This document shows, in pieces, positions 1 through 14,414 of a stretch of DNA of 64,000 nt. The notes below the pieces were generated by a model, which was given only the letters and a program-made list of their open reading frames with translations, was not told where the DNA came from and did no database searches. This DNA comes from Owenia fusiformis (Eukaryota): NCBI GenBank assembly GCA_903813345.2, contig CAIIXF020000001.1, positions 16,430,001 to 16,494,000 on the forward strand, read 5' to 3'. Position numbers and translations under genes: made by a program. Position 1 is the first letter of the stretch, and every line of letters starts with the position of its first letter.

Positions 1-543
1 ATTCATTAAAATAGGGCTAATTTACGCCATTCGCCTATTTTCAAGCACAGCAACACGTATATTTATTTCACCTAAAATATCAATTGATTCGTGTTTTATG
101 ATGCTCCTAGCCCATTAACAATATATATATGATATCAGAGTTATTCGTCTAAAATGTTTTGAGATATAGAGGTAAATGTGGAGGACGAAAGGATTTTCAT
201 GTGTGTACATTTTTCTCAAAAACGTCACATTCTATCATGTTAAAAGCGAGGATCCTCTGGATTACGCCACAAAATGTGTAACAATGCGTGCGCGAGCTTT
301 TTGCGACACGTCTATGCATTGGTATAAATTGTGGCTAATTAAAATATATATGTGACCTCAAAAAGTTAGTTTTAATTAAATTCCCAAATTTTGGAACGAA
401 AAGTCTATCAAAAACCACTTTTTGGAATTCAAAAAAAAAGTTTCACATATCACACTTTGATAACATTGGGTAAGACTACAATATAAGCCAAAGTGGTTTA
501 AACTTTAGATGGGGACTTTAAATATGAATTGATATTCGATTGA

Positions 544-599
544 TTATTTTTTAGTCACGTGTAGGACATGGACCAATCAGAGAGTGGGGAATATGACAG
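544..599. repeat. Dispersed repeat shared (inverted) with 61426-61481
   Basis: TTATTTTTTAGTCACGTGTAGGACATGGACCAAT.AGAGAGTG.GGAATATGACAG matches the reverse complement of 61426-61481. Confidence 0.75.
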
Positions 600-3169
600 C
601 ATAATAATAATGATATTTAACTGACTAACTTATGAAGCAGTGGCACATGCTATCTGAATAGATTTTAACTATTCCATCGGGATAATGGTTTGTGTCTGCA
701 AATGAAGCTGTATCGTAAATCAGAAGCTAATTGCGAATCCAGTGCGTGAGTATGAATTTGGAAAAGGATACGGATACAGATTAAGTCGACCCCGTATACG
801 TAAGAGTCCACCACATAAAAAGTAGAAAACTAACGGCGCTAGCCACACACATATGTCTTACCTCAGTGGGGGTGCGAGGGGTGCCCCCCCCCTTATAACC
901 AATGAAAATACAACCATTAGATAGAAGACGCTTTAAAATGCTTCTTATTTGAAGCTTCTAGCACAATTTTGAAGGAAGTTGCATCATTTTTTGTAAAATT
1001 CAAAACAAATCTTTTTGGCTCGCTTATGCCACGATCGCAACCCCCCCCCCCTCCTCTAACTGAAGACCAAACCTTTTTTGGCGATCACATACTGAAATCA
1101 TGCTACGCCCCTGCCCGCCTCAACGTTTTTGTCAAAGCCAAAAAGAAGCGGCTGTCTCAAATTGTAGAGATATACACTTCAATCTATAAATTGGCCAGTA
1201 TTTCTAAATGGCCACCATCACTTTCATTTTCGATTGCATTACTATCATTACCAAAATGAGAACAATTATATGATAAAAAAACGATGTTATTAAAATAATA
1301 TAAATGTAATAAAATATAAAAATTAATGTTGTGAAATGTTATAATCAACCATGGACTTTCAAGAGAACGCCCATGAATCAACAGATAAGATAATAAACGT
1401 TGTTTTTAGTTTTTTCTATGATCTCGATGGTTATAATCATCACATTTTTTATTTCATCTATGACCTTTTTACTGGTTATCATATTATTTTTGGTGGTGAA
1501 AATCAAAAAAAGTTGTTATCTAGAAGATAGTAAAATGTTATCTGAGTATTGGTTATAATTGTTTTATCCTGGATAGAGAGAAAGTGTTCTAAAACATCAT
1601 TAGAAGAAAAATACGTACGTTACGAAATATGAAATAAAAATAGACCATTGCTTACACCCTCAATAACTTTCATATACTCAGATCGATTAGCCTGATTACA
1701 GCCAAGATAAAATCAATAAATGACCATTTTATGTTTTCCTAGGTAAAGTGTGTAGCTACCTAATAAAGAGTATCTTCGTGGATTTATATTTTTTGTTAGG
1801 AGTTTTGCTAATAAAAGAAACCCTGTTTAACTCCGCTAAAACTTAAAATTGAAAGGGATTTTGCTTAATTTGTAAACATAAACAAAGGACTGTATATTAC
1901 TGTCTCGAAGTATCTTTAAGAAATAATAATCACCGATTTTGTATTATTTGTATTACCATCGGGCTCTAAATCCATTCCCCTTAGCTTTACTAGATGTAAA
2001 AAGACTCGTTTTCGTTGCCTTACAATTGTAGTTTTTATTACATTTTATATAGCCTAATATAAAGGGTTATTCAAGAAAACAATATCTGACATTTAAAAAC
2101 ATCTGTTTGCGCTATTAACTGTAGTTTTATATTCAATTCTCGGGCTGAGGGCCAACACTAAACACGAGTAAAGACACTTTGATTATTACTTAATTGCATC
2201 GCCTGATATATTTTAACATTTGTAATCATCACCATAAAAAGATGACATTTCCAGAATCCTATATGTGTGGCATCTAAAGTGTTGTAATAGATGTCCTTTT
2301 AAACCAAACACAACACAAATAAATGCTATCTAAATACATGTAAAGGACACGCTTATAGATTCAATAAAGGCGCCTGTAATAATCATAATGACTGTCAAGG
2401 CGTAATTGTTTCCATTAACCGTTTTCTAGAATCGGCCAACTTATTGGGAAGTGGGCAACACAAGGCTTTAATGCAACATGCAACTCTGCAGCAAAACTTT
2501 TGTAATCTTTTCTCATCCATTAATTAACTTCGTTTAAGCGGTCATACCTCAGAAATAAAAGGCCGCCCTCTCCTTAGCGGCAAGTGAAGAAAGAAATATG
2601 ATAATAGACTACTTAATGTTAATATGAAAACCACATTAGTAACACTTAACGGGTTTTGGATTTAATGTGTCCAAATATTACAGTTACTAGTAATTGGGCA
2701 AAAAAGCTATAGTTTTCACCCTAAATAATAGTTTGATCAATTCATTGCGATATACATGTATACTTCTAACTTACAAAGAAATATATTTTAAACTTTGATT
2801 AAAACTATGAGTTATTAAAGATGGGAATAACAGCTTTTGGGCTTTAACACGGGTGTTCCTTAGTTTGACCATTGGTTTGGCTATTCCATAATATTTAGTG
2901 TCAATGAAGGATGGAAACGGATGGTGCAACGACGACGATCCCGTTGTAGTAATAAGATGTCAGCATACGTGGATGTCAAGTTCCATAAGATTGTTATCAC
3001 TCCGTAAAATTTAAAAAATGCTTTTTGAATAAATTCATTTTCTCGAAAAGATTTTTCTTCTAAATATTCTAATTTTTTCAATTTAATTTTTTTAGATGTT
3101 CGCTTTTCATTTACCCTTTGCATTTGTTCAACTTCACTTCTTAAAAGAGAGCTTCGTCTTCAGTAGTTT

Positions 3170-4108
3170 TTTTTTTTTATAATTTTTTTATTTCAAAGAA
3201 TAAGCATGTTAAAGCAATTGCAAAAAACAATTACAGTACAGTTACATGGTAAACCTACATTTAACAATTTTACAATACAGTACAGTGGTTAAATATTTCG
3301 TCTTAAGAGACGTTATACCATTGGCATTTTTTTTTTATTTAAAGGAAAAAATCATCAGTTTCATTTGTTTAATTTTGTTTCCATGATTTTCCACTTATCG
3401 CCTCTGCCAACCCGTTTGTCCATAATAAAATATTCCTTCACATTACTTATAAAACCTTTAAGTGTTGGTTTTAGCATAGAATATTTGCACAAATAAACAT
3501 ACCTTTTAAAAATACATAGCATATTATTTAAGATGATTGTCTTCTCATTTATACTCTCAGGTCCTATCAATACATTTTGTTTAGTGCATAGCAATGTGAG
3601 CTCTAAAGGAAGCGATTGTTTAATGTCATTTAAAACGACACTTACAATAGTACATTCATACAGAAGATGGCAAATCGTTTCAGGATTTGCTTTACAAAAA
3701 GTGCAAATGTTTGACTCTACGAGTCCACACATTTTTAGGTATGTATTAGTTGCTAAAAATCTGTGAAGGACTTTATAAGTGAAGGATGATAACTTAGGTT
3801 CATAGTTACTCAGTTTGTTAAGTTTATTTGTCTTCTTCCAATCATTTTGATTGAGTGACAAATTCAGATCTTTATTCCATCCTTCTATATATTTTGAATT
3901 CTTTTCTAAATTCTGAACAAATTCCCAGTATATTATTTTACTAATCTTTGACTGAGTAAGGAACTTTTGTACGTGTGCTTTATTTCTTTCATAATCAGTT
4001 ATATTCTGATTATTCTCCATGACGTCTCTTAGCCAAGATTTTGGAATAGTGTTTTTTAGACTCAAATAGTCTAAAAAATTAATATTACTGTGATATTTGT
4101 CATTGAAT
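3170..4108 (-). mobile_element. 5'-truncated L1/Tx1-clade LINE (ORF2 C-terminus with zf-RVT-like Cys/His domain)
   Basis: ORF 4065-3361 contains YKVLHRFLATNTYLKMCG...CTFCKANPETICHLLYEC, and the frame extends upstream as NFLDYLSLKNTIPKSW. An A-rich tail appears as T-runs at about 3167-3190. A possible TSD, TAGTTT, is at 3164 and 4109. Confidence 0.85.
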
Positions 4109-5153
4109 TAGTTTATGACTAGACTCTGCGCGCAGGGTACTTTTCATTTTTCATAAAAATCATTCTTGAACAAAATCTTTAGCAAACTACAATAAAATGT
4201 TCACAATGAAGTTATCAAATGTCAATCAATATCAATAAAAGTTTCATGAAATACGAACGTGTGTAGTTTATTGTTTTTAAAGGCCCCGTATAAAGTTTAA
4301 ACCCCGTTGGCTTATTGGCTCGTGCTGGGGCAAGAGCCATATCTCACTTGGGTTTAGTAGTAAGTGATAACGACAATGGACTGAGGTTTAAACGTTAGTT
4401 TACTAGTAGAAAACCTGATGGGTTAATATTTATTGATGAAAATGAGTTAATTCCTCGAGCAATAGTTTAACCCTAAGGTGTTAGTTTATAATAAAATTGC
4501 GTTAGAGAGGGTTTCAAACGACATATACGCACATTTTACAACAACTCCATGAACACTGTGCAATGATTTTCGGCAACATGATTTCCTAAATGGGTGTCGA
4601 CTTTTGGCAATCAACCGAAGATACCTCAAGAAAAGCCGGAGATTACCGAAGATTGCCGAAGCTTTTCTTTGCAAACGAAGTTGGCCGAGGGTACCACGAA
4701 TGTGAAGGGGACGTCTCTAATTGGTTAAAAATAGAGGCTCGGCATTCTCCGTCAGATTGAATCGGCAAAATTCGGTTGTATGGCTTACCTTCGGTTGTAT
4801 GGCTTACCTTCGGCTGCATGGCCCAACCTCGATTGATTGGAAAAGATGCTGTCCCTTTCCTAAATACGACAGAAATACGAGCGACTTCTTGATTTAGAAT
4901 TGTGAACAATTTACAACATTAAAAAAACTCCGAACATTTAACTATTTTATTAATATCCTCGGAGAACGAGAATCAAATTGACCAATCTTCACTTTTTATA
5001 TGTTTGGATGTTTTCTAAGAGGTCCAGGTACTCAGACCTTCACAATTCAAAATGTTCGGATTTTTTCTACATTTGCCGTTCGGTAAATTACAACCGCGTT
5101 AAAAGTAAGCTTGGCAATTTACTTATACAGTAGGTATGAAATACTATGAGGTA

Positions 5154-5504
5154 ATATAATGGTTGATTTCGTATATCATGTTTATACTCAAGTGAGTATT
5201 TGATATATTCACGAGTGACTGAAGGGGACGAGTGAATATATCATATACTCACTAGAGTATAACGATATACAGAATCAACCATTATATGATCTTATTATCC
5301 CACCTTATCTTTAATCAATAAAAGGTTAATCTAAATTCAGCAGTTGTATATCAAGTCGAAGAGTTGCATACGCTGCCCAGGAGTTGTATACGCTATCCAG
5401 GAGTTGTATATCGTTCTCAAGAGTTGCATACGATGAGTGTTGGTTTTATACTGCAGTTATACAATGCTATTATACAATCATATAAAGCACTGAGGGTGGG
5501 ATAA
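5154..5504. repeat. Hairpin-type non-autonomous element: ~60-bp inverted arms, then a second inverted pair enclosing 20-bp tandem repeats
   Basis: ATATAATGGTTGATT...GATATATTCAC pairs with GTGAATATATC...AATCAACCATTATAT (5154-5287). TTATCCCACC (about 5295) and GGTGGGATAA (about 5495) enclose GAGTTG(C/T)ATA 20-mers at 5361-5432. Confidence 0.7.
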
Positions 5505-7388
5505 ATCCAGATATATTATATTTGGCCCGGAATAATCCAAATATCCTGAACCTCATATAGAATAATCTCTATGTATATCTACAGCGAATGAATAAAGTGA
5601 TTAAAATACCCTTTTAATGGTAGGTATTTGTATTTTAAAAGGGCTAATATTGTCTCAACAAACAATTTATTCGTAAATGTCAAACTAATATTCCAGAGAA
5701 CTATGAATAAGCTTACACATTACCATTGAAATAATTGCAGATGACGAACAATTATTGAAAGCACAAACTGTCGTTTGTAATTTTTGTTCGTAAATATTTG
5801 ACACATTTGACGATGCAATGTTACAAATACAAACTGCGGCCCTCATTTTGTTTAAATACTATTATAAACTGAGTGGTTTTGGATGTACCCCGTACCTAGT
5901 GATGTTCTAGGGACATTCTACCATATAAGCTTCCAAAATTGGAAAAGGATTTTTAAGCCCTGAACTGGAGTGCATTTGGAGTGGTTATCATTCCTCAAGG
6001 TGTTGTTTCAAACTGGGCACATATACGCATGCGTACTAAGTGTAACCGGACGAAACGGGGAGGGGAATGGGACTTTTAAACAGAGCCTAATAAATCAAAT
6101 ACAACATGCAACACATATGCAACACGACGAGTGATGTAAAATATAACAATATGTACAAGGTTTATTTATTTAAAATCAACATAGAGAACATAATGATCAA
6201 AATAGTAATATTGCACAGAGAGAAAGAACAATGGTATTTATGATGCTTTTAATTTAATCTATTACTCTAGATATGTAAATGTCTTTATAAAATGTCTTTA
6301 AAAGATAATAAAAGCTATGCGAGACGATAAGAGGCAACCGGTTGTGGGACTGGCCCTTGAAGTCGTCGTGGACTTGATCACGATGATAGGGGACTTGCAT
6401 AGAGTGTAGGCTGCTCTTGATGGGCTTGGCTGACTGTGTGGTCTCAACTCCCGTGATGACGCTATTCCTTCAGCGAATTCCAGCCGTTACGGCACCCCAA
6501 TGGACTGCTGTAGATTCACAGCTTACGAATCCTTATCTTGGGTTGCTCATTGCTGCATATTGCTGTTGATGAAGTCTGTAAGCCGAAGTAACGCCCAGTC
6601 CAGAAACAGGAATGTTGTTCACCTAGAAAATGTGCATAGCCCTACCTTGTAGTCGTGCCTCCCGATATCGTCTGCCGCCCTACAACGCTGGCGATCTAAC
6701 ATTCGATTCAATCGTGAGTTGATACAAAATCAACCAATCAGATTATAGATAAATATTTCCAACTCGCGTTCGAATTGCGTTTTCCGTCGTGGTTTGCTTC
6801 TTCGAAGTTACAAAACCGGTTTATTTCCAATTAGTCTATCATACAGGATTCATATGTAAAGTGTTGCTCAGTTTTTGTGTTTCAGTGAAATAGACATTAA
6901 AATATCATACAACAGCAACTGCTAAAGCTTTATGCATTAATAATTTCGTTAAGCAGACCGTTACATAAGTTTATTCCTAGCTACATGTAGGCATTAGGAT
7001 ACAACGCCTGAGTGATTGTCTAAATAGGTTGACATGAAAGGAAGAATATATCATGTTTTAAATATTACTGTTCCATTGGTTTCTATGATTTGTCTAACCA
7101 AACGTCCTTCAAAAACCACTTTCTGAATTTAAAAAAACATTGGGTAAGAGTACACTATAAGCCAAAGTGGTTTAAACTTTATATTGGGCCTTTAGATTTT
7201 ACTTGTCGAATTATACTGGTTGCATTCGTTTTAATACAATTGATCCGGTATTCGTCACCTTCACTTACTTACTATGTTAATATATTAGAACCGGAAATAC
7301 TTCTGCGAGGTGAATACTCTACTCAGAATTGCCACTTGCTTGTACTTATTGTCATATTCGTTTTTTAAATAGTCCATAGTCGTATTAA

Positions 7389-7575
7389 GGTCTCGTGGTA
7401 GTTAACAGGCAATAACAAAACAGGAAGTGACAAAAACATGTGGTTTTTAAACATGATTTGAACTAGGATTACAAAGTTCTTTTCCAAATATCATTTACAT
7501 GATCAGGATCCTAATGGGTATGATCAGAATGACCCTAAACATCATGATGTAGCTTTTTAGCCACCTGAAAAATGT
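7389..7575 (+). mobile_element. Diverged left-arm fragment of the 24616 TTAA MITE family
   Basis: TTAA-GGTCTCGTGGTAGTTAACAGG..., with shared blocks ATATCATTTACATGA, TCAGAATGACC and CTGAAAA. Confidence 0.6.
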
Positions 7576-8979
7576 TTAATTGATATTGTAACGATCATGA
7601 AACCCAAATCCCAGTAACCTGAAATATCGTTGAATTGTGGCGCCTACGCACGATGTAGGAACAAGTGATCACACTCCAGAGTCTCCATTGCATGTAAGTC
7701 TGGTTTAGTTCAAACATCAAAGCATTACGTCAACTATAAAGTAGTTTAATTCGATGAAAACTAAAAACATCGAAATCGACACTTCCTGTCCGCCATCTTA
7801 AATGCGAAGGTGACGGCCGTAACGTTCGCTTGATACTGACCAATGAACACTAAAACGACAAGTGTTTTCGCACTTAGGTTCTATCTAAAATCAACATGTT
7901 TTAATTGCTATGGTAATTAACACGCTTTATGTTAATCTAATTGATATGAGAAATGTTTATAGGTTTTGATACGTAGCAGTCATAGCCAGTGTATTCATAA
8001 CGATTGGTTCGACTGTGCTCGTATCACGTATTTGGCTACTTCCAGATCATAGTTCATACATACTGACTACAATGACTTACACGTATTCTTAAAGGTATTT
8101 AGAGTGCAGAGGTTTATATACACTGATATAAGAAAAATCAAATGAGGTTGAATATGATCTGGTTTAATTTTCGTGTATGAAATATATTACTAAACTGCTT
8201 TTTATTAAAACAAAGTGCGTATTTTACTTATTAATCGACTGATCATCTCAAATATTGCCGCACCATTAACCAAGCCTTAATAGACAGACGTAATTTATAT
8301 CATGGGAAACAGCTCCTGTTATGAATCCAAATGTAGTTCAAACCTTTTTAAAATAATTCTACCTGACTACACTGTAATACAAGTTTTATACTATATGCGT
8401 TCGATTCAATTAAAAATACGTGAACAGAGACGATTAGTTCAAGATCTTCTCACATTCAAAAATAACACACAATCTTAAGCAATTCTCTTTTATGTCTACA
8501 CAAATACGACCTTACTTTTATGGTACTTTTATCTATTTTTGGTAGAATGTCTTTTCCTAACTCGATTCTTAGTTCAAAAAAAGTTTTAAAAATCAGGCCA
8601 ACTGTCCTGTTTAAGAACTCCTATTCTTACTATTATATTGAAATAGATTCTAGCAATACTATCCAACATGAATCTACTTGTTGAGAGTAGACTCGATCAA
8701 ATTGAGTTCTTCTGGGAAAATGAGGATTTCAGCGAGGGTGCATTGACCTAATAACTAGATTTCAGCTTATTACTTTGTGTAGGGTGTATGGGTATTTACC
8801 AGCCAAATCCCCATCAGACATGCCAGTCTTGTCAGGTTTGAGGTTTGTATGTTACCCTGGAATAAAACAGTTGTTTATTGCATTCTCGCCCTTTACTTGG
8901 TCGATATGATATTTATCTATGATCTTGGTTAATTTATTGTTCCTCGGAGTGAAATAAGTGAACTCCTTCAAATGAACCC

Positions 8980-9900
8980 CACAGATAGAACCAAAAAACC
9001 GTCCATATTTTTAATTTGCGGTAACATTTTTCATAACGCATAGGTTTTAATATTTTTTGCAACAATCAATTATACTGATACATGTATATCTATAGCGGTA
9101 TTGAAATGAAAATGGTTCAACAGTCAATAGGGCTCTGAATGCAGAAGGGTTCAACAGTCAATAGGGCTCTGAATGCAGAAGGGTTCAACAGTCAATAGGG
9201 CTGTGAATGCAGAAGGGTTCAACAGTCAATAGGGCTGTGAATGCAGAAGGGTTAAACAGTCAATAGGGCTGTGGATGCAGAAGGGTTCAACAGTCAATAG
9301 GGCTGTGAATGCAGAAGGGTTTAACAGTCAATAGGGCTGTGAATGCAGAAGGGTTCAGCAGTCAATAGGGCTGTGAATGCAGAAGGGTTTAACAGTCAAT
9401 AGGGCTGTGAATGCAGAAGGGTTATACAGTCAATAGGGATGTGAATGCAGAAGGGCTTAACAGTCAATAGGGCTGTGAATGCAGAAGGGTTCAACAGCCA
9501 ATAGGGCTGTGAAAAACTTCTATCAGATAGAGATACGTCATATGGAGGCTCATAGCAGTTTTCTTTAATTTACTTATTTGTCTTATGCTTCTTCGTATAT
9601 TTTTTTCATTTCTGAAAATGATTTCAGAATATATTGAACATCCTACCCATGTATCTCTCTGACAGACTTGTTAACATATCAATCCGGTGTCATTATTTGA
9701 GCCATGACTAATTTCATATTTTCATTTAGACCCCAGAGTATTTTAACCTTTTTTTCAGAAACCAATGAAGTTTTATTCATCCCATTTTAAAAAATAACTG
9801 CAATTTAAGTGAACCTTGCATCGTCCTTCAATGATCCATGCATCATTAAAAACGTTATTGCCAATTAAAAAATATGGACGGTTTTTGGCCCACCTTGTAT
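8980..9900. mobile_element. Tc1/mariner-type MITE carrying a minisatellite
   Basis: Imperfect TIRs CCAAAAAACCGTCCATATTTTTAATT (from 8991) and AATTAAAAAATATGGACGGTTTTTGGCCCACCTTGTA (to 9899). Confidence 0.7.
9114..9513 (+). repeat. 34-bp minisatellite, about 12 copies
   Basis: Unit GGTTCAACAGTCAATAGGGCTGTGAATGCAGAAG repeated head to tail with few substitutions and no spacers. Confidence 0.97.
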
Positions 9901-12900
9901 GTTGTATTTAAAGTTACATGGAAGTTTACACTGGATGAAAGTATTCGTCGTTTTTACCAATTTCTGGATCTGGGTACTAGTATACCGATGTTCGGTTACC
10001 ATGGTTACCATTTAATACAATATTAAACACATGACATGCTTAAATCATACATTCTGTAAAGATGATAGAAACATTAAAAAATACACATTGAAATAATAGA
10101 TGATTTGGCATTTCACAATCACTAATGCTAGTGTAAGCCAGTGTAAATGTATACCATGAAATCAACCCCAAAGCTCGTTCCGCATTTCGCTAGTTATCAA
10201 ACAAATTGATAAACATGTTTTTTATTACCTTTAATATCTTGAAAATATCGGCAAATACATTAGTTCTGCCATACCACTAAAACACATATAATCTCATGAT
10301 CTCGGTCTAGGTTGCACTTGAGAGAGAACGGAGCAGATAGTACAAACAAAGCTAAAGCTTAAGAAAGAATTACGTTCCCTCGATCTGTCAGATAAATTAT
10401 TTTTCATTTCATCTAATCGGAAAATAATCTTTTTTTGCTTCTGATTTTCATTAGTGAAAACAGTAATTTAATCCATTGAGCGTAGAGATTTACTTTCAAT
10501 GAGGCTCCGAGTAACTTAAAGTCAAGGAAATTGGTTGAACTCGATCTTGGAGTTGGTATCAATGTAACTCAATCAAATGTCATGTCAAGAGCAGGATGGA
10601 CCTTTCTTATTAATCTTTTAGCGATAATTGGCACTTAATAAAAAGGACCTCCGAGAAATAGTTGTGTATTTCATTTTATACATGAAACCTTTCTCGGGCG
10701 TATAGATTTTCTAAATGCGCCTTTTCGATGCACCGTTTTTGCGCGCCTCGAGGTATGTTGGTTTTAGACACTAGTGGTGTTCAAACCCTACTGCGCATGC
10801 TATAAACCATTTATGCATCTTGGAAATTATACAATTTCTGTTTATTTTATGAAATTGAGAAATGAGTATGAGATGTGCTACCCCCAAACACATGTGCTAC
10901 CCCCAAACACATGGCTTAAGTCAACTGGGAATTCTATAATTTGATGAAATCGTTATGTTTTATGAAATGAATGGACGAAACTTGCAGGGAATTGTATACT
11001 TTAATGTCCTCTTGCATCATGACGTGAACGTCAAGTTTCAAGGATTGCAGCAATTTATGAATACTTGTTACTTACTGAGTATAATGCATTATTCAAAAGT
11101 TTGCGTGAGACCTACCCACACGGGGAGGGTAAGGAATTTGATACACAATATTGCCCCCAGGGGTAGGAATTTGACGAAGATTGTCGCCCCGGGGGTGAGG
11201 AATTTGATTTACATGTGCCCGGGAATGGGGACTTTTGACTGAATCTGTTTAGTATACACTTTAGGATTCTCGGAATTTGCAAATGATCGGTAAATTCAGT
11301 GAACGAAAGATCGCTCATATACAGAAGAATATAACTCAACTACACGTTGGGTATAGTTTCAGGGGTGGAATTGCTGTGAATAACCGCTGGAGAGAGGGAA
11401 ATTCTAGAATACTGAGCAGTGTCTTAATTATAGGTTTGTCAAGCTTGTTTTATCCCTCTCTTCGGAAAAATGCACTTCCGTTCTACTTATATTTATAACC
11501 TCGTCAAAATTTAATTGATTTAATACTGATGATTAATTTGATTTAAAATTAATTTTTGAAAAGTTTTACGTTCGAACAAATTTTAATTTAATTTAATATA
11601 GATGAATAAAACGGAGGGAGGTAACCTATTAAAGTAAAAATCCATTACCTTAAAATACGTCATTGCATAAATTACAAGAGAGCTTTCGAAAATTACTACG
11701 ATGTGGATTTGTTCCCGATTTGTACCCATCAAACGCAACAATCCGCCCGCCCATTCCACAAAAAATGATCGTTCATACAGGTATGTTCTCCACTTTTGTT
11801 GAACAGATACAAACCAAGGGTATATTTTTGTCAAAACTTTCAGGCAGTTTGCGAAAACGTCATAAAATGGACTGTATCTAAGTGGCTTTTAATTTTGCGG
11901 GTAATTGCGTCATTTGACGTCATTGCGTCACATCATTTTCTTCAGAAAGCATTATACTGTGCATCGAAATCAAAATCGGAAGCATAGTATTCAGTAGACA
12001 TGAGGATAATGTTTCCCGTTGACACCAACGTGAAATTACTAATTTCCCGTTCGGAACACGAAACTCTGAAGCTGAACGGTCTCTGAAGTAAGCTAAACCA
12101 CATACAAAACTATGCGCACTCGACACATTCATGTACTTTCCGTTCGCGTATAGGTTGTGAAAAACAGCGCGAGCTTAAAGTCTCTAATAAGATCAATGAA
12201 CGGGAAGAATCAAAATTATTTCACACTCTGGTTATATTCGGCAGACAACATCTAAAATTCAGTATCTAAATACCAACGCATTCTTTTATTGTTCATTTCT
12301 AGAAAGGAACCAATAAAAGCTCTGATCAATCAAAGTAATACTGACTGCAATACTACATGTGACATCAAATCTTGTGTCGCTCTTAAGAGATTCATTTCAT
12401 GACAATAAATTAGCCTATTTAATTGAAAATTATCGTACTCAAATGTGTGGTGCTTGATGGCTACTTTTTGCAATTTTATTTTTCTTCTCAATAAATACGG
12501 GGTTCAATTAGACAAACAGAGAAATTCAACGATTCCATACAGTTTATATACAAAACAAACTGAAAGCCATTTGGTGAACAATTCAGCGTCCATTTTTTGA
12601 CGCTCTAGATACTCAATTGAGAGTTAACTCACTGAGGTTCTCTGTGAAGCATTTCAAACGCATCTAGTCCAGTTAAGGTCGATATGAACCAAGAACTTCA
12701 CCGATAGTGAGTGATAAGGAAAACAAATCAAATAGTCTAACAAAACAGGATCAACGTAACGTGTCAACAATAATCCCGTTTTATAAGGTTTGTCTATCTG
12801 TTTCTCCAATACATCCGTCTTTTTACAACTAGTCTTGTCTTTATCAGCTAAATGTTGCAAAGAGATATGCCAATGCTAATCCACGATGCTCTTTTGATAA

Positions 12901-13783
12901 CATATTGTAATTACATCAAGATTCTTTTGATAGAATCGAAATGAATCAGGGAAAATCTATAAACAGTCGAAGCGAAACATTGTAATATGCACATAATTTA
13001 CTATTGTACAGGGTGTCCAAAAAGTAGAATAGTTGAAGTGAAACGTTGTAATACAAGTATGTGCTGTAGTTATGAGATTAATAATTTACTATTATACAGG
13101 GTGACAAAAAAGCAGAACCATTGATTCAGCAGAACCGATTTGTGGGGTCTGTTTTTGGGGTCATCCTGTATATATTAGGGAGTTTAAGCTTGCAATGTTT
13201 TTCACGACCTAAACGTGAACGGAAAATATTAATTAAGCGCTGCATTTGTATGGGCGATTGGTCATACGTATAGGTTGGCATTTCGATTTTATATGCAATC
13301 TTAAACCCCATCAGTGTATCAAGAGACCCGGGTAAGCATGGGCAAGGGGTATGTACACACATCCTTGGGGCACAGGTCTTCGACCAGAAACTATATTTTA
13401 TTGTGTTACCAAGGGATTCCCTCAGTGCCTGCTTGGAACATACGGTGCGAAGTAGTGTATTAACGAGGGCATTATATTCCGATTGAAGCAATTGGTCATA
13501 GTATTAGGTGGTGTCGTATCATCGCAGCTACTACTTGTTCACTCATTTTATGTCTCAGCTCTGACGAGTAATGAGTTTTGTTAATGAGATCAGTTGAATT
13601 ACGTAATTACGTATTTGTTGGTCTAATTAATGTTAGTTGCAAAAGTAGTGGAGAAAAAAACAGTAAAAAATCACCCATGACTTAATAAATCAACTGTCAC
13701 TCTTACTTTGATTTCAGAGTCCCGAAGGTTATTCAAGATGGCTACGTCTAACGCAATTGTTCGCAACTGAATGATAGTATACC

Positions 13784-13914
13784 ATGGCTCTCGAAAATAC
13801 GACCCCTCATTCCATGGAAGCCGGAACGTTCCAAAATAACAGCTTCAAACCGTTTACCGATATGATCTATTCGAATCAAAATGTGACAAATGTAACGGTT
13901 GAACTACCGACGAA
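13784..13914 (+). CDS. Possible N-terminal coding exon of a membrane glycoprotein (GPCR-like N-terminus), truncated by assembly gap
   Basis: There is an acceptor (ttgatttcag) ending at 13717 and an ATG in accATGG context. 43 open codons run to the gap and carry four N-glycosylation sequons (NTT, NNS, NVT, NVT). No downstream exons were confirmed. Confidence 0.35.
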
Positions 13915-14414
13915 NNNNNNNNNNNNNNNNNNNNNNNNNNNNNNNNNNNNNNNNNNNNNNNNNNNNNNNNNNNNNNNNNNNNNNNNNNNNNNNNNNNNNN
14001 NNNNNNNNNNNNNNNNNNNNNNNNNNNNNNNNNNNNNNNNNNNNNNNNNNNNNNNNNNNNNNNNNNNNNNNNNNNNNNNNNNNNNNNNNNNNNNNNNNNN
14101 NNNNNNNNNNNNNNNNNNNNNNNNNNNNNNNNNNNNNNNNNNNNNNNNNNNNNNNNNNNNNNNNNNNNNNNNNNNNNNNNNNNNNNNNNNNNNNNNNNNN
14201 NNNNNNNNNNNNNNNNNNNNNNNNNNNNNNNNNNNNNNNNNNNNNNNNNNNNNNNNNNNNNNNNNNNNNNNNNNNNNNNNNNNNNNNNNNNNNNNNNNNN
14301 NNNNNNNNNNNNNNNNNNNNNNNNNNNNNNNNNNNNNNNNNNNNNNNNNNNNNNNNNNNNNNNNNNNNNNNNNNNNNNNNNNNNNNNNNNNNNNNNNNNN
14401 NNNNNNNNNNNNNN
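13915..14414. other. Assembly gap (500 N)
   Basis: Run of N. Confidence 1.

Noticed and set aside
6320-6625. Relatively GC-rich exon-like stretch on the minus strand
   Set aside because: All frames close within about 35 codons of the acceptor-like site, and there is no recognisable homology.
9114-9513. CRISPR-like periodicity (34 bp)
   Set aside because: The units are head to tail with no unique spacers, the context is eukaryotic and there are no cas genes. It is a minisatellite.
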